64,000 nucleotides of DNA. Source: a bacterium BMS3Abin15 (lineage in GTDB: Bacteria > Patescibacteriota > Minisyncoccia > Moranbacterales > 2-12-FULL-40-10). The stretch lies in contig BDTH01000074.1 in assembly GCA_002923195.1 (NCBI GenBank), positions 9,081 to 73,080 of the forward strand. The letters run 5' to 3'. Positions within the stretch are counted from its first letter, which is position 1, and each line of letters opens with the position of its first letter. Shown here one piece after another: positions 59,068-64,000 of this stretch. The translations under genes were made by a program, and so were the position numbers. The notes below the pieces were generated by a model. It was not told where the DNA came from, ran no database searches, and worked only from the letters and a program-made list of their open reading frames with translations.

Positions 59068-59580
59068 TTATTTGGACAATAATATTATTTCCCTTTTATT
59101 TTCGCTTGCCTCTGTCCGTCTAGACTCGGCGGGGATGGCGTGAGACGGGTTAACTAGCTTAAGCTTAATCCAAAGAGATTTCTGGGGAATTATTTTTTTA
59201 ATTTTATTTGCCCATTCAATAATTATTATATTATTCTTGTCGGCTACAATTTCTTCCCACCCGATATCCAAAACATTCTTGGCAGTAACACGATAAGCAT
59301 CAATATGATAAATATCCTGAACACCACCCCGAATCTTGGTTAAAAGTTTTCTTCCTTTTAATTTTCTTTTGTAGTGCTTCATTACCACAAACGTCGGACT
59401 GGTATAGGGATCCTTTATGCCTAATCCTTTGAGCAGTCCCTGGGTAAAAGTAGTCTTGCCTGATCCCAGTTCGCCTTCAAGACAAATAATTTTCCCGCCT
59501 TTAATTTCTTCGGCTAACAATTCGCCAAGTTCTTTAGTTTGTTCAGCGTCAGTTGTAATAAATATCTTCATATATTTCAA
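59068..59580 (-). CDS. tsaE: tRNA threonylcarbamoyladenosine biosynthesis ATPase TsaE
   Basis: GELGSGKT, SPTF, HIDAYR and IEWA. Confidence 0.93.
   Translation of the reverse strand: MKYMKIFITTDAEQTKELGELLAEEIKGGKIICLEGELGSGKTTFTQGLLKGLGIKDPYTSPTFVVMKHYKRKLKGRKLLTKIRGGVQDIYHIDAYRVTAKNVLDIGWEEIVADKNNIIIIEWANKIKKIIPQKSLWIKLKLVNPSHAIPAESRRTEASENKREIILLSK
59105..59149 (+). repeat. 45-bp CTTGCC...CGGG hairpin element inserted in frame in tsaE
   Basis: CTTGCCTCTGTCCG...GGCGTGAGACGGG, a GC-rich patch in an AT-rich gene; read as PSHAIPAESRRTEAS. Confidence 0.6.
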
Positions 59581-59642
59581 TAGTAAAACAAATTAAGAAA
59601 AATAAAAAGGGGAATCAATTGATTCCCCTTTGTGGTGAATTT

Positions 59643-60077
59643 TTACCATCTTGTCCTGTGTCTTCTCCCATATCTGCACTCACTGCCCAGTCCATCACAG
59701 TATGCTTTTTGTTCTGCCCTGATTTGTTCTCTTTGATATTTTTCGGCAATCCCTCGCAAGAAGGCGGAGCAGGTACCTCTATCGGGATTATTTTCACAGT
59801 ATTTGAAACGATTATATTCGTCCGTGGTGACAGAAACTGTCGCTCCAATAAATCCTCCTCCGGCACATCCGATAGCTCCGGCCTTTACAGGATCTCCACC
59901 AAAAACACCTGCTAGTATGGCTGCAGGAAGACCCACAAGCATACAGCCCGAAATGGCATTAATTGTCCTGGCTCCCACTTCGCCCTTGCTAATCTCAACA
60001 TTGTCATTTTTACCAACGGTGGCACATCCAGTAAAAAACACGACCATAATCAGTAATAGAAACATTCTCCTTATCAT
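59643..60077 (-). CDS. Lipoprotein with a glycine-zipper-like segment
   Basis: Lipobox FTGC, AGAIGCAGGGFIGA; AAAGGAGG SD; own terminator at about 59604-59631. Confidence 0.7.
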   Translation of the reverse strand: MIRRMFLLLIMVVFFTGCATVGKNDNVEISKGEVGARTINAISGCMLVGLPAAILAGVFGGDPVKAGAIGCAGGGFIGATVSVTTDEYNRFKYCENNPDRGTCSAFLRGIAEKYQREQIRAEQKAYCDGLGSECRYGRRHRTRW

Positions 60078-60407
60078 CCTTGTTTCCTCCTTTCAGTTTT
60101 TTAGGAATTTTTATAAATTTTAGGTACTAATTTGATTCTCTATTCTACACCAAAACCATTAAAAAGTCAATAGTGAAATATGCCTTATTTAAGCCATAAT
60201 TTTCAAGTGTTTCCTCTGTAAAATAATACAATCACCGATTGTATTATATAACAAAATAACTGCCATTGCTGATTACTAGTTACAGATTATTGGTTACTAG
60301 ATGGATATTTGACACTAGAACTAAACTTTGGTAACTTAAAGGACTGTTTTAATAAATTTTTTGTTTCTAAGCACCGGACCTTGACTAACTTAGGGGTTTT
60401 ATAAATC

Positions 60408-61547
60408 ATGGCACTTGAACCAATTCAACAATTTGAAAAAATTATAGGAAAATCAAAAAATGTTTTGATCCTTCTTCCTCAAAACCCGGACGGCGATGCA
60501 ATAGGAGCCGCTTGGGCTTTTTATTTTTTCTTAAAGAAAAGAGGTGTCGATACTACCATTGCTTTTTCTGATGGAATTCATAATACTAAGAAATTTGATT
60601 TCCTGCCCCGTCCCAAAAATATTACTGACAATATTTCAGGAGCCAGAGACTTCATTCTGTCTTTTGGTACCCGTCATAATAAAATATTAGGAGCGCGCAC
60701 AGAAAGTGATGAAGAAGAGTTTAGAATATATGTAACTCCTGAACACGGATCAATTGACCCCCGCGATTTTTCATTTGTGCCAGCCAGTTTCAAGTTTGAT
60801 TTGGTTGTAACCTTTAACTGCCCTGATAAGGAATCAACAGGAAAGATTTACGAAGAGAATCCTGACATTTTTTATGAAATACCTGTGGTAAATATTGATC
60901 ATCACAGTAATAATGAAAATTTTGGCCAGATCAACTTAGTTAACATGAATTCCTCTTCCGCTTCTGAAATACTAGCGGAAATTTTCGAGCAATCCAGTCT
61001 ATTTTCTTTTGACAAAGTTACTGCCAACTGCCTGCTCTCCGGCATAATCAGCGCCACTGAAAGCTTTCAGAAAAAAAACACTACTCCTAAAGCGCTCCAG
61101 ATAGCCGCCAAACTGATGGATAAAGGAGCTGACCAGCAGAAAATTATCCGCTACCTTTATAAAACCCAGCCATTCCATGTTCTTAAGCTTTGGGGAAGGG
61201 TTATGGCTCGGCTTAAATGGAATGATGAGTTAAAATTAGCCTGGTCACCAGTATATATAGAAGACTTTGTCCAGAGCCGAAGCAGCCACCATGACATACC
61301 TCGCATATTAGAAAAAATACAGGACAACTATTCAACTGGTAAAATGTTTTTGATATTTTTTAATGACACCCCCGATTCCGTAAGGGGTATAATAAAGTTT
61401 ACTGAAGATGAACACATTAAAAAGATAACTTCTATATTAAAAGGAGAAACCAGAGGAAACATTCATGAATTTAAACTAGAAGATGGGGATATAAATAAGG
61501 CAGAAAAAGAGGTACTGGAAAAAATAAGATTGGGCATAAAAAAGTAG
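60408..61547 (+). CDS. DHH-family phosphoesterase-like protein (NrnA-like, degenerate motifs)
   Basis: PDGDAIG and NIDHH retained; other acidic motifs read FNCPD and SATESF. Confidence 0.8.
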   Translation: MALEPIQQFEKIIGKSKNVLILLPQNPDGDAIGAAWAFYFFLKKRGVDTTIAFSDGIHNTKKFDFLPRPKNITDNISGARDFILSFGTRHNKILGARTESDEEEFRIYVTPEHGSIDPRDFSFVPASFKFDLVVTFNCPDKESTGKIYEENPDIFYEIPVVNIDHHSNNENFGQINLVNMNSSSASEILAEIFEQSSLFSFDKVTANCLLSGIISATESFQKKNTTPKALQIAAKLMDKGADQQKIIRYLYKTQPFHVLKLWGRVMARLKWNDELKLAWSPVYIEDFVQSRSSHHDIPRILEKIQDNYSTGKMFLIFFNDTPDSVRGIIKFTEDEHIKKITSILKGETRGNIHEFKLEDGDINKAEKEVLEKIRLGIKK

Positions 61548-61577
61548 AAAGCCAATATATTTTTGTAATTCGTATCA

Positions 61578-61600
61578 GACCTCGCTTCGCGAGGTTTTTT
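61578..61600 (+). terminator. Intrinsic terminator
   Basis: GACCTCGC-TTC-GCGAGGT followed by a T run. Confidence 0.8.
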
Positions 61601-61689
61601 GCTAACACACTGAAAATGAGCTAAAATAGTATACGAACACCTTGACGAAAAGGCACATACGAATTCAATGCTAAAAAACCAAAAACAAC

Positions 61690-64000
61690 ATGGTTAAAAT
61701 TTCTAAAAAACATGCTGGCAAAACAAAATATTCTAAGGAAAAGAAGCTCGAGACGAAAAGGGTAATAAAAAAGATGCATCGGGAATCAGAGGAAGAAATA
61801 GCCGCAGCTGTTGCTATAAGAAATAATCTTCCCTATCTAGACCTCGGGCTAATACCTGTAGGTGAAGATGATGTAAAAATCATTAGTGAAAGAGATTCTC
61901 ATGACTACAACATGGCTGTTTTTCACAAAACGGGCAAAAATGTTAAGGTTGCCATCATCAATCCTCAGGATGTCAAATTAAAAGAAAGGATTGAAAAACT
62001 TCGCGAAGAAAAGGGCTGGGATATAAGCTTGTATGTTGTTTCTCAATCATCCATCCAGAAAGTGTGGGACATTTACAAGGGTGCCCCTCTAATGGAAAAT
62101 TTGGACACTATTCGGTTGTCTCTTTCCGGAAAAGATTTAGAAGAATTTGAAAAAAAATTCGGGGACCTTTTGAGTCTTAAGGAAAGAATAAAAGAAATAC
62201 CCATTACTAAGGTACTAAACACTGTAATGGCAGGATCTGTAAAAATGGATGCCAGTGATGTTCACTTTGAACCACAAGAAAAAGATGTGCGTGTAAGATT
62301 TCGGATTGATGGCATACTTCAAGATGTAGGAAATATTCCGTCAGACACTTACCGCTCTATACTATCACGAATAAAAATGATGAGCGGAATGAAAATTAAT
62401 ATTCGTGATATTGCCCAGGATGGACACTTCTCCATTAACATCAATAGGGATCGGAAAGATTCAAAAGATAAATCTTCAGATGATGCCAGGTTTGATGTCA
62501 GAGTCAATGTTATCCCAGGCAATTTTGGAGAAAGCACTGTTATGCGCCTCCTCAACCAGTCAGACGTAATGCTAAATGTGGAAGACCTGGGATTACGCGG
62601 ACTAGCCTATGAAGAGATAAAAAAACAAACTGAAAGGCCCAATGGAATAATTCTTGCTACTGGTCCTACCGGATCAGGAAAAACTACTACTTTATACGCT
62701 TTAATTAACAAACTTAATGTTCCAGGAGTAAAAGTAATCACCATCGAAGATCCCATAGAATATCAAATAAAGGGAATCTCACAAACCCAGGTTAGCAAAA
62801 ATAAGGACTATACTTTTGCTAAAGGATTACGGGCTATTGTTCGCCAGGATCCAGACATAATCCTAGTGGGTGAGGTCAGAGATGATGAAACGGCTGATAT
62901 TGCCATCAATGCCGCCCTTACTGGACACCTGGTACTCTCTACTTTGCATACTAACAACGCATCGGCTTCTATCCCCCGCTTAATAGAAATGGGTGTTAAG
63001 CCGTCTCTGATTCCTCCTGCTGTCAACGCTTTTATCGCTCAAAGATTGGTAAGGCGTCTTTGCCCGCACTGTAAAAAAGAATACAAGCCCGCTAAAGAAA
63101 CAGTAATTTCAATTAAAAAAATACTGGCTATAATTTCTCCTAAATCAAAAATAGAGATTCCTAAAGAAATACCTAGTTTGTACCGCCCGATTGGTTGTTC
63201 TAGGTGCCACAATCTAGGATACAAAGGAAGGGTAGGAATATTTGAAGTTTTGACCATCAATGAAGAAATTGAAAAATTGGTAATGGAAATGGCCGGTGAA
63301 ACAGACATAACTAGGGCAGCTTTAGAAAACGGAATGGTTACTATGGCCCAGGATGGTATTCTCAAGGCGGCTGAGGGCATAACTTCAATGGAAGAGGTTT
63401 GGAGGGTAACCGGACAGACAGAGTTCCTAGAAGAGCTTTATGAAAAATTAATGGCCCAGGCTCTGGGACGCGCTACTCTAGTTGACAAGATTAACTTTGA
63501 AAAAGCCAAAAATAGCTTTAAGGACTTTAAAAAATTCCAAGAAGTCATATCGGCAGCCAAAACAAAAGATCTCAGTAAAATAATTTTTTCCGCGGCTACG
63601 CTAATGGATGTCGGAGATATTCATATTGAACCGGAAGCCAATGATGTAAAAGTGCGCTTTAGAATAGATGGAATACTCCATACTGTAGCGACGTTTCCAC
63701 TTAATGAATACCCTAACGTTTTAGGTGAAATAAAACTGCTAAGTGGAGTAAAGTCCGGAGCCAGAGAAGGGGTTATCGACAGCCGTTTTAGCATCAAATT
63801 TGATGACGATATACAGAATATAAAAGAAAAATCAGTAGATATCCGTGTATCTATTATCCTTGGCGGTCATGGAGAAACTGTCGTACTGAGATTATTAAGC
63901 AAAGCTACCGTAGAGCTTGATATGAGCAAACTGGGCTTCAGGAAACAAAATCTTGATAAAATACTTAAAGAAATAGAAAAGCCAAATGGTATTATTCTCA
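61690..64000 (+). CDS. PilB/GspE-family secretion ATPase with tandem ATPase modules (runs off the window end)
   Basis: ATG 61690 (MVKISKK); ASDVHFEP...RFRIDG, GPTGSGKTT, TIEDPIEY, RQDPDIILVGEVRD and CPHC...CSRC; a second GDIHIEP...RFRIDG starts near 63610. Confidence 0.92.
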   Translation, partial: MVKISKKHAGKTKYSKEKKLETKRVIKKMHRESEEEIAAAVAIRNNLPYLDLGLIPVGEDDVKIISERDSHDYNMAVFHKTGKNVKVAIINPQDVKLKERIEKLREEKGWDISLYVVSQSSIQKVWDIYKGAPLMENLDTIRLSLSGKDLEEFEKKFGDLLSLKERIKEIPITKVLNTVMAGSVKMDASDVHFEPQEKDVRVRFRIDGILQDVGNIPSDTYRSILSRIKMMSGMKINIRDIAQDGHFSININRDRKDSKDKSSDDARFDVRVNVIPGNFGESTVMRLLNQSDVMLNVEDLGLRGLAYEEIKKQTERPNGIILATGPTGSGKTTTLYALINKLNVPGVKVITIEDPIEYQIKGISQTQVSKNKDYTFAKGLRAIVRQDPDIILVGEVRDDETADIAINAALTGHLVLSTLHTNNASASIPRLIEMGVKPSLIPPAVNAFIAQRLVRRLCPHCKKEYKPAKETVISIKKILAIISPKSKIEIPKEIPSLYRPIGCSRCHNLGYKGRVGIFEVLTINEEIEKLVMEMAGETDITRAALENGMVTMAQDGILKAAEGITSMEEVWRVTGQTEFLEELYEKLMAQALGRATLVDKINFEKAKNSFKDFKKFQEVISAAKTKDLSKIIFSAATLMDVGDIHIEPEANDVKVRFRIDGILHTVATFPLNEYPNVLGEIKLLSGVKSGAREGVIDSRFSIKFDDDIQNIKEKSVDIRVSIILGGHGETVVLRLLSKATVELDMSKLGFRKQNLDKILKEIEKPNGIIL

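Noticed and set aside
1-64000. Alternative genetic code (UGA read as Gly, as in Gracilibacteria)
   Set aside because: Long genes translate intact under code 11, and TGA ends genes at expected positions (for example thiI).

Overview
This 64 kb window looks like a small-genome Patescibacteria (CPR; Parcubacteria/Moranbacteria-like by gene content, which is inference) chromosome using the standard genetic code. Core genes are rpoC (partial), rpoB, thiI, hup, rny, gpmI, clpP, tig, hppA, nusA and tsaE, with tRNA-Gly and tRNA-Pro. Accessory content includes an SOD/rubrerythrin pair, a CsoR-controlled copper cluster, an operon for a giant fibronectin-III surface protein with a MacB-type ABC transporter, a five-gene VirB2-like pilin array and a tandem-domain PilB/GspE ATPase. 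The most unusual locus is a ~7 kb island behind tRNA-Pro (34.6-41.8 kb), bracketed by duplicated sequence. It encodes an SDR, an archaeal-type ThrRS without an editing domain, a second ThrRS paralogue with altered amino-acid-pocket and anticodon-reading residues, an atypical tRNA(GCA) 6 nt downstream of that paralogue, a 2-hydroxyacid-dehydrogenase homologue lacking its catalytic triad, and a SPASM radical SAM enzyme. This is a candidate tRNA-dependent biosynthesis or recoding system. The window also holds several families of tiny palindromic elements: CCCYG/CCCCC miniature inverted-repeat elements (one filled/empty site pair with a 4-bp duplication, three in-frame copies inside thiI), CTTGCC hairpins inserted into tRNA 5' ends and tsaE, and mirror-image 4x7-mer arrays that enclose GxxExxY genes or occur empty. 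All calls come from reading motifs by eye; no searches were run.
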